Shown one piece after another: positions 28,381 through 38,857 of a DNA stretch of 64,000 nt. How positions within the stretch are numbered: position 1 is the stretch's first letter; every line of letters starts with the position of its first letter. This stretch comes from Planctomycetota bacterium (GTDB lineage Bacteria; Planctomycetota; SZUA-567; H5-PLA8), in NCBI GenBank assembly GCA_045863855.1, contig BTVV01000006.1, forward strand, positions 53,321 to 117,320, written 5' to 3'. The notes beneath the pieces are model-generated. The model saw nothing but the letters and a program-made list of their open reading frames with translations. It was not told the DNA's origin and ran no database searches. The translations under genes were made by a program, and so were the position numbers.

Positions 28381-30528
28381 TTAGGGCCGGAAGCCGCGCA
28401 GGTAGCGGCGGTATTGCGCGAATGCCATCAGCGGCCAGTAGTGCCGGTAGTAGTGGTACTTCAGGTAGAAGACGCGCGGGAAGCCGGTGCCGGTCCACTC
28501 GTCTTCGTCCCAGGTTCCGGCTCCGGTTTGCGTATCGAGCAGGTAACGCACGCCGCGCCGCACGGCTTGGGATTCGCCTTGGCCGGCGTTGAGCAGTCCC
28601 ATCACGGCCCACGCCGTCTGGCTCGCGGTGCTCGGCCCCATGCCTTTGCGCGTGGGGTCTTCGTACGTATCGCAGCGCTCGCCCCAGCCGCCATCGGCGA
28701 GCTGCACGCTCCTGAACCATTCCACTCCTTTACGCACATAGCCCTTCGACATGTCTTCGCCGATCAAGCGCAGCCCGCGCAGGACCTGCCACGTGCCGTA
28801 CATATAGTTCACGCCCCAGCGCCCGAACCAGCTCCCGTCCTTGCACTGGTCTTTCTTGATGAAGGCCATCGCGCGCTTCACCACGGGATGCTCGAGCGTG
28901 AAGATCTCCGGCGCGATGGTGGCGAACATCTCCAGCGTGCGGCTGGTAAGGTCCGCGGTGCTGGGGTCGATCATCGCATTATGGTCGGCGAAGGGCACCT
29001 TGGTCAGGAAGTCCATCGTGTTGTCGCGGTCGAAGGCGCCCCAGCCGCCGTCCTGGTTTTGCATGCCCAACACCCAGCGCAGCGCGCGCTCGATCGCCGC
29101 GTCCACGCGCTCGTGCTCGCCCTTCGGATACACGTTGCGCAGAGCCATCATGGTCATGATCGTGTCGTCGACGTCGGGGTAGAACTCGTTCTCGAACTCG
29201 AAGTACCAGCCGCTGGGCGGGACGTTGTTCTTCACAGACCAGTCGCCGGGTTGCTTGACCTCTTTGGACAGCAGCCATTCGCAGGCGAGCTGCTGAGCAG
29301 GGTCTTCGGCGCGACGTCCGGAAACCGCCAGCGCGTAGGTCCCGATCGCCGTGTCCCAGACGGGGCTGTGGCAAGGCTGTACGCGGATGGTGTCCGTGGC
29401 CGGATCGGCGATCTCGAGCGCGTCGAGTTCCTCGATGCCGCGTTTGATCCACGGATCGTCTTCCTTGTAGCCCAGGATGCGCAGCGCCAGGACGCTGTTC
29501 ATCATGGCGGGCAGGATCGCACCCAAGCCGCCCGACTTATCGAAGCGTTCGAGCATCCACATTTCGGCGCGCTTGATCGCCATGCGCCGCGCCGCCTGGA
29601 TCGGGAACTGCTCTGCGATCTTCAGCGCCTTGTCCGTCAGCAGGAAGAAGTTGGTCCACGAAACCATGCGGCTGTCGCCGGCCAGTCCCAGTTCCGCATG
29701 TTCGCGTCCGCCCACGAACAACTCGTCGACGTGGCATTCCGGCGGCAGCGGGCAGACGGGTTTGAGCGCGTAGATGACCGAAAGCGGCACGAAGATGGTG
29801 CGCGACCAACTGGACATCTCGTAGATGTTGATCGGGGACATGTTGGGCAGGAAGATCATCTCCGGCGGGATCGCCGGCACGTGCGCCCAGTCGTACTGAT
29901 CGAAGAACGCGAGGTGGAATTTGGTGTAGGTGTTGGCCTTCGTCGCGCCGCCCATCGCCAGAATCGTGTCGCGGCTCTTGATCATCATCGGATCGTCGGC
30001 CGGAACGCCCGCGATCTTCAAGGCGAAGTAACTCAGAACCGAGATCGAGATTTCCGGCGGGCCGTGCTCGAAGGTGTTCCAGCCGCCTTCCGGCAGGCAG
30101 CATTCGCGGATCACCTTCGCGTACTTGGGAATCTTGGGATGATCGCGCTGTCCGAAGAAGGCTTTAAAGAGGATGAAATAACTTTCCAGCGTCGTGTCGG
30201 CTTCCAGTTCGGCGACCCAGAAGCCCTTGGGATTCTGGCGCTGCAGGAACCAGGTGCTGCTGGCTTCGATGGCCCGGTCGAGCGATTCGTGCGTAGGCGT
30301 TTCCACTACGCGGTTGCGGCTCGACGAACCCACCGCCGTAAGCGAAGTGGGTGTCAGCGTCACCGGCCCGCCGCCCAAACCCTGCGGCCCCGCGGCGTCC
30401 ATCGCCATGGCGTGACCGCGCAATCCGGGCATACCGCTCAGCCATTCCTGCAGTCGCGCTCGCCAAAGCGCCGGGGTGGCAAACGGGGTTTCGCTCGAAT
30501 GCCAGTCACTGGAGTTTCGATGGTTCAT
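28381..30528 (-). CDS. shc: Squalene--hopene cyclase
   Basis: YPDVDDT, QW repeats (QNQDGGWGAFD, QCKDGSWFGRWG), GTGFP..FYLKY; start uncertain (30528 with AGGAGG, or 30408). Confidence 0.95.
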   Translation of the reverse strand: MNHRNSSDWHSSETPFATPALWRARLQEWLSGMPGLRGHAMAMDAAGPQGLGGGPVTLTPTSLTAVGSSSRNRVVETPTHESLDRAIEASSTWFLQRQNPKGFWVAELEADTTLESYFILFKAFFGQRDHPKIPKYAKVIRECCLPEGGWNTFEHGPPEISISVLSYFALKIAGVPADDPMMIKSRDTILAMGGATKANTYTKFHLAFFDQYDWAHVPAIPPEMIFLPNMSPINIYEMSSWSRTIFVPLSVIYALKPVCPLPPECHVDELFVGGREHAELGLAGDSRMVSWTNFFLLTDKALKIAEQFPIQAARRMAIKRAEMWMLERFDKSGGLGAILPAMMNSVLALRILGYKEDDPWIKRGIEELDALEIADPATDTIRVQPCHSPVWDTAIGTYALAVSGRRAEDPAQQLACEWLLSKEVKQPGDWSVKNNVPPSGWYFEFENEFYPDVDDTIMTMMALRNVYPKGEHERVDAAIERALRWVLGMQNQDGGWGAFDRDNTMDFLTKVPFADHNAMIDPSTADLTSRTLEMFATIAPEIFTLEHPVVKRAMAFIKKDQCKDGSWFGRWGVNYMYGTWQVLRGLRLIGEDMSKGYVRKGVEWFRSVQLADGGWGERCDTYEDPTRKGMGPSTASQTAWAVMGLLNAGQGESQAVRRGVRYLLDTQTGAGTWDEDEWTGTGFPRVFYLKYHYYRHYWPLMAFAQYRRYLRGFRP

Positions 30529-30651
30529 GCGCGCTCGTAAGCCTCCTAAAAAATGCACCTATGTGGTCGCCAGGTACGCGCGCATCACGTGTGCAGCTTA
30601 AGAATGGCTGCTCGGGGCCGTCGATATGCGTGTAACCTTTAAGGCTGAGTC

Positions 30652-30680
30652 AAGTTAGCTAGAGAGATGCGTGAAGTCAA
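30652..30680 (-). promoter_or_regulatory. Putative sigma70 promoter of shc
   Basis: Minus strand TTGACT-N17-TAACTT. Confidence 0.55.
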
Positions 30681-30718
30681 GAAAATAGCCTTGAGCTGCA
30701 CATGTGCAGCTCAAGGCT
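30679..30718 (-). terminator. 32-bp perfect palindrome, probable terminator of the methyltransferase gene
   Basis: AGCCTTGAGCTGCACATGTGCAGCTCAAGGCT (30687-30718) followed by ATTTTCTT on the minus strand. Confidence 0.7.
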
Positions 30719-30742
30719 GCAAATTTGGGTTTTGTTAGAATT

Positions 30743-31558
30743 TTAACGCTGACCTACGATATAGGCCAACCAGCCGGGCTGATTCTCGGCGCGCCTGCGG
30801 GCGCGATACTCGCTTTCGTCTTCATCGTCCTCGATGTCCCAATACACTTGGACATCGCGAAAGCCGGCCAGTTCCAGCGCGTCTTGAACTTCCACGGGCG
30901 TGTAAAGCCGCCAGTGATATGTAAACGCTTTGCGCAACTCGGTCCCGTCGTTGAAGCGAAAGTGAATGTGGCAGAGCGCGCGGTTGTCGATGGGGTTGTA
31001 GTCCGCTTGATCCCAAACGTAGGTGAAGCGCCCAAGGTCGCTCTTGACCTTGCGCGGCTCTTCTTTGACCTGCTGGCTTTCCCAGCCGCCGTAGCAATCG
31101 AGCAACATGATCCCGCCGGGCGCGAGGCTTTCGCGCACCTGTTTGAAGTAGGCGCTCAGTTCTTTGATCGAAGTGAAGAACATGTACGAGAAATTCAGCG
31201 CGCAGCAGACGTCGGCGCGCGGGCGGGTGACGGTGCGCACATCTTGGCAGCGCAGGTCCACGCGGCGGGCGGCATGGCCCAAGGGCTGAAGGTTCTGGCG
31301 CCGGCCCCAGTCCAGCGTGGCGGCGTCGAGGTCCAGAGCCAACGCCCGGCGTTGCGGCCCGGAGGCGACCCAAGTGGCGGCGTTGAGCGCCGTACCGCAG
31401 AAATCTTCGCGCAGGATACGTGGCTCGCGCCGATTGCGCTGCCGGTAGGCCTGCGCCATGAACTCCACTTCGAAGTCCGGGGTCTGGACGGATTCCTGAT
31501 ACAGTAAATGCCGATCGGCGTGAGCTGCCGTGAGTTTATGTTTCTTGGTCTTGCTCAT
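30743..31558 (-). CDS. Class I SAM-dependent methyltransferase
   Basis: LREDFCGT, ALDLD, ALNFSY, LAPGGIMLLD, YVWDQ. Confidence 0.85.
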   Translation of the reverse strand: MSKTKKHKLTAAHADRHLLYQESVQTPDFEVEFMAQAYRQRNRREPRILREDFCGTALNAATWVASGPQRRALALDLDAATLDWGRRQNLQPLGHAARRVDLRCQDVRTVTRPRADVCCALNFSYMFFTSIKELSAYFKQVRESLAPGGIMLLDCYGGWESQQVKEEPRKVKSDLGRFTYVWDQADYNPIDNRALCHIHFRFNDGTELRKAFTYHWRLYTPVEVQDALELAGFRDVQVYWDIEDDEDESEYRARRRAENQPGWLAYIVGQR

Positions 31559-31768
31559 GAGTGCATGACGTCCTCAGCACGTTGAATGGGATGCTAGGTT
31601 GTGTGTGTTCGCCCAACTTTTGTCAAACGAACCGAACATAAACGTGGAATCATTCAGGCTGCATGCGGCACTTGGCGGGGGGCTCGGCCGCACCATGATC
31701 GAGGTCGTTTCAACGCAAATGAACCGAATCGCGGAGCCCATACGCCGAATGGGCCGTAGCCGTCGTAA

Positions 31769-32057
31769 AGCTGGGTGTTGGTCTTTGTGCCCATCGCCGC
31801 GGGCTTGAAGTGCGGAGCGCAGGAAGAGCACACCTGAAACTTTCTGACGGCGTGCCTTGCGAACATTCCGCTGGCCGGCTGGATGGGCAAAGCGACCGAG
31901 CACCCCGCCGAGCGCAGGCGGTCACGGTCACGGCGGCGCCGAAGGCCATGCGATCTGGCCCTTGGGCAAGGCCTTGGCGGTGCTTTGGGGCGCCGCGGCC
32001 ATGGCGGCTTGGGTGAGCGAATTCCTGGTCGGATCGGTGGAGCACGCGGCGTACTAA
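31769..32057 (+). pseudogene. Ca2+/H+ antiporter (CAX/ChaA-type) remnant
   Basis: SWVLVFVPIAAGL..HT*NFLTACLANIPLAGWMGKATEHPAER, then frame change to GHGHGG..WPLGKALAVL..WVSEFLVGSVEHA*. Confidence 0.8.
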
Positions 32058-32075
32058 TCCCGGGCGCGCCGCGGT

Positions 32076-33395
32076 TCATGGAGCGGCCAGAACTTCGCAT
32101 TCAGCACTTTGGAGGGTGATGCCCCAAGAGCCGGCCTCGGCCGGGTCTGACCTGTAAAGGTAGTGCGCGGCGACATGCGCCGGGGTGCTTGAGGCGGGCA
32201 GCACGGTGCGCAGATCGAGTTCCAGCTCGTAGCTTTCGCCAGGGTGAAGCGTAACGGGCACGCGGCTGGGGGTGAGTTCCTCGGCCAAATCCGGCGCGAG
32301 GCGCTTGCGCAGTTTGCGCGGAAGCACTTTGGTAAAGGCCGGCGCGTCCTGTGCCGAGGCGCGCACTTGCAAGCCGAAGTTCACGCCCAATTCGTGGTAG
32401 CCGGGCACGCCGAGCACCTGGCTTCCGGTATTACGCAGTACGATGGTGGCGAGCACGGGGCCTCCCGGGGCGCGGGGTTCGAGGCGCAGGGTGAGTTCCA
32501 GGCTCTTCGCAAAGCGTTCGACGACCCAGGAGCTGGCGGCATCGACCCCGGCGTCGTTGCGCAACTCGAGCAGCCCCGTTTCGTTCAAGGCCGCGGCTTG
32601 GCCGGCGGCGACGGTACGCTCAGTCGTTCCGGCCGCGGCGGTCGCCCGGCCTTCGGCAAGGAGGAGTTCTTCGGGCTCGCGGCGCAGTACGAAGCGCGCA
32701 AGGTCGCCGGCGGAACGGACCTTCATGCGCCCGGCCTGAAGCGTGAAGTCTTTGCGCGCGGCCGGCCAGCGTACGGCGGCTTCACCGGACTCGAGGATCA
32801 TTTCGTGCGCGCTGCGTAAGGTGATGCTCGATCCGGCGCGCAGGCGTACGTCGACGCCGCCGTCGAGTTGGATGCGCTGACCGTCCTCGCGCGCGGTGAA
32901 GGTTTCGTTGGCGCGCAACGCTTCGCCGCGCTCTTCGCCGGGAAGGGGCTCCACGGTGGCGAGCGGCGGCTCGGGCTTGGGGCCGGGGGGGTGAGGGGGA
33001 TGGCCGCCGGCGGGCCCGAATGCGATGCCCACGCCGATGAATGCGGCGACCGCCAAGAGCAGAAACGCGGCGAACCAGATGCCCGTGCGGCGCGCGGGCG
33101 GTGCGGCGGGCGGCGGGACCGGTTTGAGCGCGCTGCGCGATTCCTCGGCGATCTGCTTGCGCAAGCGCTGCAAGACTCGTTCGCCGTCGGGCAGTTCCCC
33201 GTCGCGGAGTTCGGATTCTTCGCGCACGCGCGCCCAGAGCGTCTGGTAGGTGACGTAGAGTTCCTTCGCGCGCGGGTCGGCAGCGAGGCGGCGCTGCAGC
33301 GCTTCGGCTTCTTCGGGCAACATGGCGCCCATGGCCAGCAGCGCGACTTCGTCGCGGAAGGCTTCGGGCAGCTCGTCTGCGTGCGGCTCGCTCAT
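32076..33395 (-). CDS. Anti-sigma factor with FecR-like domain
   Basis: ALLAMGAMLPEEAEAL..ADP, TM, LDGGVDVRLRAGS..LESGEA; follows an ECF sigma gene. Confidence 0.75.
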   Translation of the reverse strand: MSEPHADELPEAFRDEVALLAMGAMLPEEAEALQRRLAADPRAKELYVTYQTLWARVREESELRDGELPDGERVLQRLRKQIAEESRSALKPVPPPAAPPARRTGIWFAAFLLLAVAAFIGVGIAFGPAGGHPPHPPGPKPEPPLATVEPLPGEERGEALRANETFTAREDGQRIQLDGGVDVRLRAGSSITLRSAHEMILESGEAAVRWPAARKDFTLQAGRMKVRSAGDLARFVLRREPEELLLAEGRATAAAGTTERTVAAGQAAALNETGLLELRNDAGVDAASSWVVERFAKSLELTLRLEPRAPGGPVLATIVLRNTGSQVLGVPGYHELGVNFGLQVRASAQDAPAFTKVLPRKLRKRLAPDLAEELTPSRVPVTLHPGESYELELDLRTVLPASSTPAHVAAHYLYRSDPAEAGSWGITLQSAECEVLAAP

Positions 33396-33438
33396 GCTTC
33401 CCTCCCGTCCCGGCTCCTGCGTTCTCGAGTGCACCGCG

Positions 33439-34020
33439 CTATTCGCGTACGTGCCGTTCCAGCTTGCGGCGCAGCGCATCGGCGGCGGCGGCCATGCGCG
33501 ACTTCACCGTACCGACGGGTAAATCCAGAATCTCGCCGATCTCGCGGTAACTCAAACCTTCGACTTGCGCGAGCCGGACCACCTCGCGCTGTTCTTCGGG
33601 CAAGGCTTCAAGCGCTTTGCGTACGACGGCGCGGAGTTCCTGGGCGGCCAGCGTGCGCACCGGACCGGCGGCTTCGTCGGCGGGTTCGGCGACGCTTCGC
33701 GGAGCGTCCTCGTCGCCTTCGGCGGAACCCAGGCGCGCGCGCTCGCGCGAGGTTTTGGCCCGCGCGTCCAACCCCACGTTTTTGGCGATCTGAAAGAGGA
33801 AGGTGGAAACCTTGCTTTCGCCGCGCCAGCGCGGAGCGCTGCGCCAGACGCGCATGAAGACTTCTTGCAGCGCGTCCTCTGCGGCGCTCTTGTCGTAGCA
33901 CATGCGGAAGAGGAAATGGCCGACCGGCTTTTCGTACGCGCGGTACAGCGCCTCGAACGCCTGCGCGTCGCCGCGGGCCATGCCGGCCATCCACTCGCGG
34001 TCCTGGCGGTCGTCGAACAA
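33439..34020 (-). CDS. ECF sigma-70 factor
   Basis: GDAQAFEALY, AEDALQEVF, EGLSYREIGEILDLPVGTVKSR; start approximate (TTG 34020). Confidence 0.92.
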   Translation of the reverse strand: MFDDRQDREWMAGMARGDAQAFEALYRAYEKPVGHFLFRMCYDKSAAEDALQEVFMRVWRSAPRWRGESKVSTFLFQIAKNVGLDARAKTSRERARLGSAEGDEDAPRSVAEPADEAAGPVRTLAAQELRAVVRKALEALPEEQREVVRLAQVEGLSYREIGEILDLPVGTVKSRMAAAADALRRKLERHVRE

Positions 34021-34147
34021 GTCCGGGCTCCGTGAAAACTGGGCGCCAGCACGATACCATCCATTGCGGAATTCGGATGGCGGATTTCGGATAGGCTTCG
34101 CTTGGGCTTGCAGGGTCGGTAGACTGCCAAGCGCTACCCAAGCTCGG

Positions 34148-35179
34148 ATGTTGCGTGAAATGCAGATCCATGGCGATGCGCTGTTGATACGGCCCGGCGC
34201 GCTGGGCGATGCGGTGCTCACGTGGCCGGTCGTCGAAGCCTTGCGCACGGCGGGTGCGCCGGCGGTTTGGATCCTCGGAGCGCCTTCGGCGTGGGGCTGG
34301 ATGCCGCGCGGGCACGCGCACCTCCGGCTGCTCGATTGGAACGATCCGGCTTGGATGGGACTTACCAACCCGCATATCCCGTTGAACGCCGAGGCTCGCG
34401 CACGGCTCGCGGGCGTGACGTGTGCGGTGGCTTATTTACGCAGCGGTCAGGACGATGCGCGAACCGCGCTGCGCGGGCTGGGTATCGAGCATTACCTTGC
34501 GGCCGAACCGCCGGTGTTAGGCGAGCGTGCGCCTGCGCATGCCGCTTGTGACTGCGATCCGTCCGCGCCTCCGGAAGCCTGGCATGCGGCGCGAAAATTG
34601 TGCGCGGCACTCCCGAACGGAACGTATGCCGCGCCGGGTGCGGAGCCGGACGCGGACGTGTGGATGCCTTCGGCGGCCGAGGCCGCGGCGGCTTTTGCGG
34701 CCGTGGGGTTACGCGAGGCTCCGGGCCGCGGGTGGCTGGCGCTGCATCCCGGCAGCGGCGGTCGCTTCAAGTGCTGGCCCGTGGATCGATTCGTCGAGTT
34801 GGCGCGGCGCGCGGTCGCGGCTTGGGGCGTGGAACCGCTGGTCTGCTTCGGCCCGGCGGAAAGCGAGACGCGCTCGGCGTTCGATGCGGCTGCGCGGCAA
34901 GCGAACCTTGCATACCGATCGGCCGTGGAGCGCCCGCTGCGCGAGGTGTTGGCGCTCTTGAGCCACGCGCGGCTCTTTGTCGGCAACGACGCGGGCGTGA
35001 CGCACCTGGCCGCGCGGGTCTGCCCCACCGTGGCGCTTTTCGGGCCGACCGATCCGCGCGTCTGGCGCCCTTTGGGCAAACGGGTGGCGCTGGCGGCCGT
35101 TCCGCCGCCGGCGGCGGCCATGGATGCGTTGGACCTTGAGACGGTGGAGCGGCGGTGCGCGGAGCTAATGGCGAAATAG
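34148..35179 (+). CDS. Glycosyltransferase family 9 (heptosyltransferase-like)
   Basis: RPGALGD, LHPGSG..KCW, FVGNDAGVTHLAA, ALFGPTDP..WRP. Confidence 0.88.
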   Translation: MLREMQIHGDALLIRPGALGDAVLTWPVVEALRTAGAPAVWILGAPSAWGWMPRGHAHLRLLDWNDPAWMGLTNPHIPLNAEARARLAGVTCAVAYLRSGQDDARTALRGLGIEHYLAAEPPVLGERAPAHAACDCDPSAPPEAWHAARKLCAALPNGTYAAPGAEPDADVWMPSAAEAAAAFAAVGLREAPGRGWLALHPGSGGRFKCWPVDRFVELARRAVAAWGVEPLVCFGPAESETRSAFDAAARQANLAYRSAVERPLREVLALLSHARLFVGNDAGVTHLAARVCPTVALFGPTDPRVWRPLGKRVALAAVPPPAAAMDALDLETVERRCAELMAK

Positions 35180-35201
35180 GCGGTAGCTCGATCTTCGGCA
35201 G

Positions 35202-36644
<1,443 letters not shown>

Positions 36645-36908
36645 GCGTTTGGTTGTATTCGATGCACGAAGATGCGGCAATGGGGCTGCGAATTCGCAGC
36701 CATTTAAGCCGCCATTTAGTGGAACGAATGTTCCATTGCGATCGCTCACTTGGAGGCTCGCTGCCAAGCACGAGGATGCGCAGCAAACGCTGTAGCCCAT
36801 CAATCCTCTAAGCTTAGGAAGCGGGCGAGGCCGTCTCTTGGCCCACCGCCAACAGCCACAGGCGGTACGCCACACACCACCGTTTTGAGGAAAAAGATCC
36901 CAGCAGAG

Positions 36909-36962
36909 TTGACATTGGGGTGAATTGGCTGGTATCTTGTTTGTGGTACAAACAAGTTTGTA
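36909..36962 (+). promoter_or_regulatory. sigma70 promoter with inverted-repeat operator
   Basis: TTGACA-N18-TATCTT (TG-extended); CTTGTTTGT-GGT-ACAAACAAG 36936-36956 plus extra half-site GTTTGT. Confidence 0.75.
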
Positions 36963-36987
36963 TTAAATCCGATTAAGGATTTACCGC

Positions 36988-37641
36988 ATGGCTGCGCTTA
37001 CGCTTCCTACCTTCGATGAACGGTCTAACGTACTTAAGGACTTGCCTTTACAGGCACGAAAGCGGCTCCATGAAGGCCGCGGATTCCTTTGGATGCTGGT
37101 CGGTTTGACGCTCGCGGCTGCGTCTTGCTTCCTCCTCATATGCTATCCGTATCGGATGGGCCCAGGGTGGCTGACGGGGCTGGTGGGGCTTGGAGCAGTC
37201 GCGGTGGGGATAGGGTGGCGCGAGTACACGCAGCGGCGTGCGCGAGGGTTGAGCGTGCGCTTTCGCGACTATCGGCCGCCGCGTCACGCGCAGATCGAAA
37301 CGGCGCTTGCGGCGGTGATTTTAGCGGGATTGGTCGGAGCCGTTTACTTTCGAGTGGATCTTCTGTTCGAACGAACGCCCGGCTGGCTGGCGTGGGTGGC
37401 CTTTTTCGTTCCGGCGATGCTGATGCCGCTGGTGGTCTTCGCGCGCTTGCGGTTTGTCGAAGATTTGGCGCTGGCGTTTGCGATGCTGCTTGCGGGTCTG
37501 CTTTGCGCGTGGCAGGGCGGCGTAGGGCTGCCGTGGGTGTTCTTGATGCTGGGCGTAGCGCTGACGGTATACGGCGGGAGTTTGCATCTGCGTTGGCGGC
37601 GCTGGACGCGCGCTCTGGCGACCGAGGAGGTGAAAGCATGA
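36988..37641 (+). CDS. Multi-pass membrane protein
   Basis: About six hydrophobic segments; stop overlaps next ATG. Confidence 0.7.
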   Translation: MAALTLPTFDERSNVLKDLPLQARKRLHEGRGFLWMLVGLTLAAASCFLLICYPYRMGPGWLTGLVGLGAVAVGIGWREYTQRRARGLSVRFRDYRPPRHAQIETALAAVILAGLVGAVYFRVDLLFERTPGWLAWVAFFVPAMLMPLVVFARLRFVEDLALAFAMLLAGLLCAWQGGVGLPWVFLMLGVALTVYGGSLHLRWRRWTRALATEEVKA

Positions 37642-38330
37642 GTACCTTACGTGCGGCCGGCGCTCCCATACCGCTCGATCCGCAAGGCGCGCTGGCGTTG
37701 GCGTTCGAGGCGCGTCGGATGCAATCGGCGGGGCGCTGGTGGGTCATCCTGTTTGCCGTGGGCGCGGCGATTCTCGTCCCGGGGCTGCTGTTTGCGCTGA
37801 ATCCGGACGCACTTCTAGATGGCGTGGATGGGCGTACGCGCCTCTGGATTTTCGTAGGGGCCGAAGTGTTTTTCGTAGGCGGCGGGATGTGGGTGCGCCA
37901 AATCCTGCAGCGGCGCGCGAGACGCTCCATCGAGGAGGGGATGCCGCTCGCTTCCTGGCCGGCGGTGCCCGCGGCGTGGACGTATGCGGCGATCGCCGCG
38001 GCGGTCCTGCTTGTCGCGTTGAGTGCTTGGGCGATCTGGTTCGAAGTCATCCCCAACGACGATCGGGCCGCGATGCTGGTGTGGACGGGCAGCTTCGGTT
38101 GTGTGGCGCTCGTGCTGGCTTGGCACGCCTGGAAACTGCGCTTCTGGGAGTACGCTTGGGCGGCCTTGGCGGCTGGCTGGGTCATGTTCGCGATACACTG
38201 GGTATCCGAAGCTAATCTGGTTCACTCCTGGATGTTCATGTCTCCGGCTGGGTTGAGTTTTCTCGTGGCCAGTTGGTGTTTGCGGCGGCGCTGGCTTGCG
38301 GCGTGTAAGCCGGAAAAGGTCAACGCATGA
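37638..38330 (+). CDS. Multi-pass membrane protein (similar layout to previous gene)
   Basis: GAGGAGG RBS, ATG 37638; about six TM segments. Confidence 0.7.
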   Translation: MSTLRAAGAPIPLDPQGALALAFEARRMQSAGRWWVILFAVGAAILVPGLLFALNPDALLDGVDGRTRLWIFVGAEVFFVGGGMWVRQILQRRARRSIEEGMPLASWPAVPAAWTYAAIAAAVLLVALSAWAIWFEVIPNDDRAAMLVWTGSFGCVALVLAWHAWKLRFWEYAWAALAAGWVMFAIHWVSEANLVHSWMFMSPAGLSFLVASWCLRRRWLAACKPEKVNA

Positions 38331-38686
38331 GCCGCTCCGCTTCCGGCCGCGACGGCGGGCTCGACCCGCTGATCCACGAAGCCGCTCGCTTGAAGATCGT
38401 GGCGATCCTCAACGAGTGCGAGGTGGCCGATTTCAACTTTCTGCTGGGCTTGGCGCAGCTCAGCCGGGGGAATCTTTCGAGCCACATGGCCAAGCTCGTC
38501 GAGGCCGGGTACGTGAACGAGAGCAAGGGATTCGTGGGTAAGCTGCCGCATACGGATTACGCCTTGAGCGCTCGCGGGCAGACGGCCTTTCGCGAGTACC
38601 TCGCCGCGTTTCAACGCATCACGCAATTGGCGGCCGGCGTGCAGGCGCCGCGCGTGGGCGCCCCGGAGGGGGAGATGCCCCGCTAG
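38327..38686 (+). CDS. Winged-helix regulator (HTH_34-like)
   Basis: LDPLIHEAARLKI..ADFNFL..GNLSSHMAKLVEAGYV..KGFVGKLPHT. Confidence 0.88.
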   Translation: MSRSASGRDGGLDPLIHEAARLKIVAILNECEVADFNFLLGLAQLSRGNLSSHMAKLVEAGYVNESKGFVGKLPHTDYALSARGQTAFREYLAAFQRITQLAAGVQAPRVGAPEGEMPR

Positions 38687-38857
38687 CGGGGTTCGATTGC
38701 GCGAGGTGCGTTCGAAAACTCGGTGCAGCTTGCCGCATCTGAGCGTCTCATTTAAAAGGTCTCGAAGCATTGCCTTAAAGTAAGCGTCTGCCTACTGCTT
38801 TCGGAGCCGCGTTTTTGCGCGTGCTCCGTTTCATGCCCGTACCCCAAGGAGTCCCGC

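Noticed and set aside
30743..31558. Hopanoid methylase (HpnP/HpnR) upstream of shc
   Set aside because: Those are B12-binding radical SAM enzymes; this is a class I methyltransferase separated from shc by a terminator-like palindrome
27765..31837. UGA recoding (Trp or Sec) suggested by two in-frame TGAs at probable Trp positions
   Set aside because: Many intact genes end in TGA, Trp is otherwise TGG, neither site is a Cys position, and the CAX relic has other lesions
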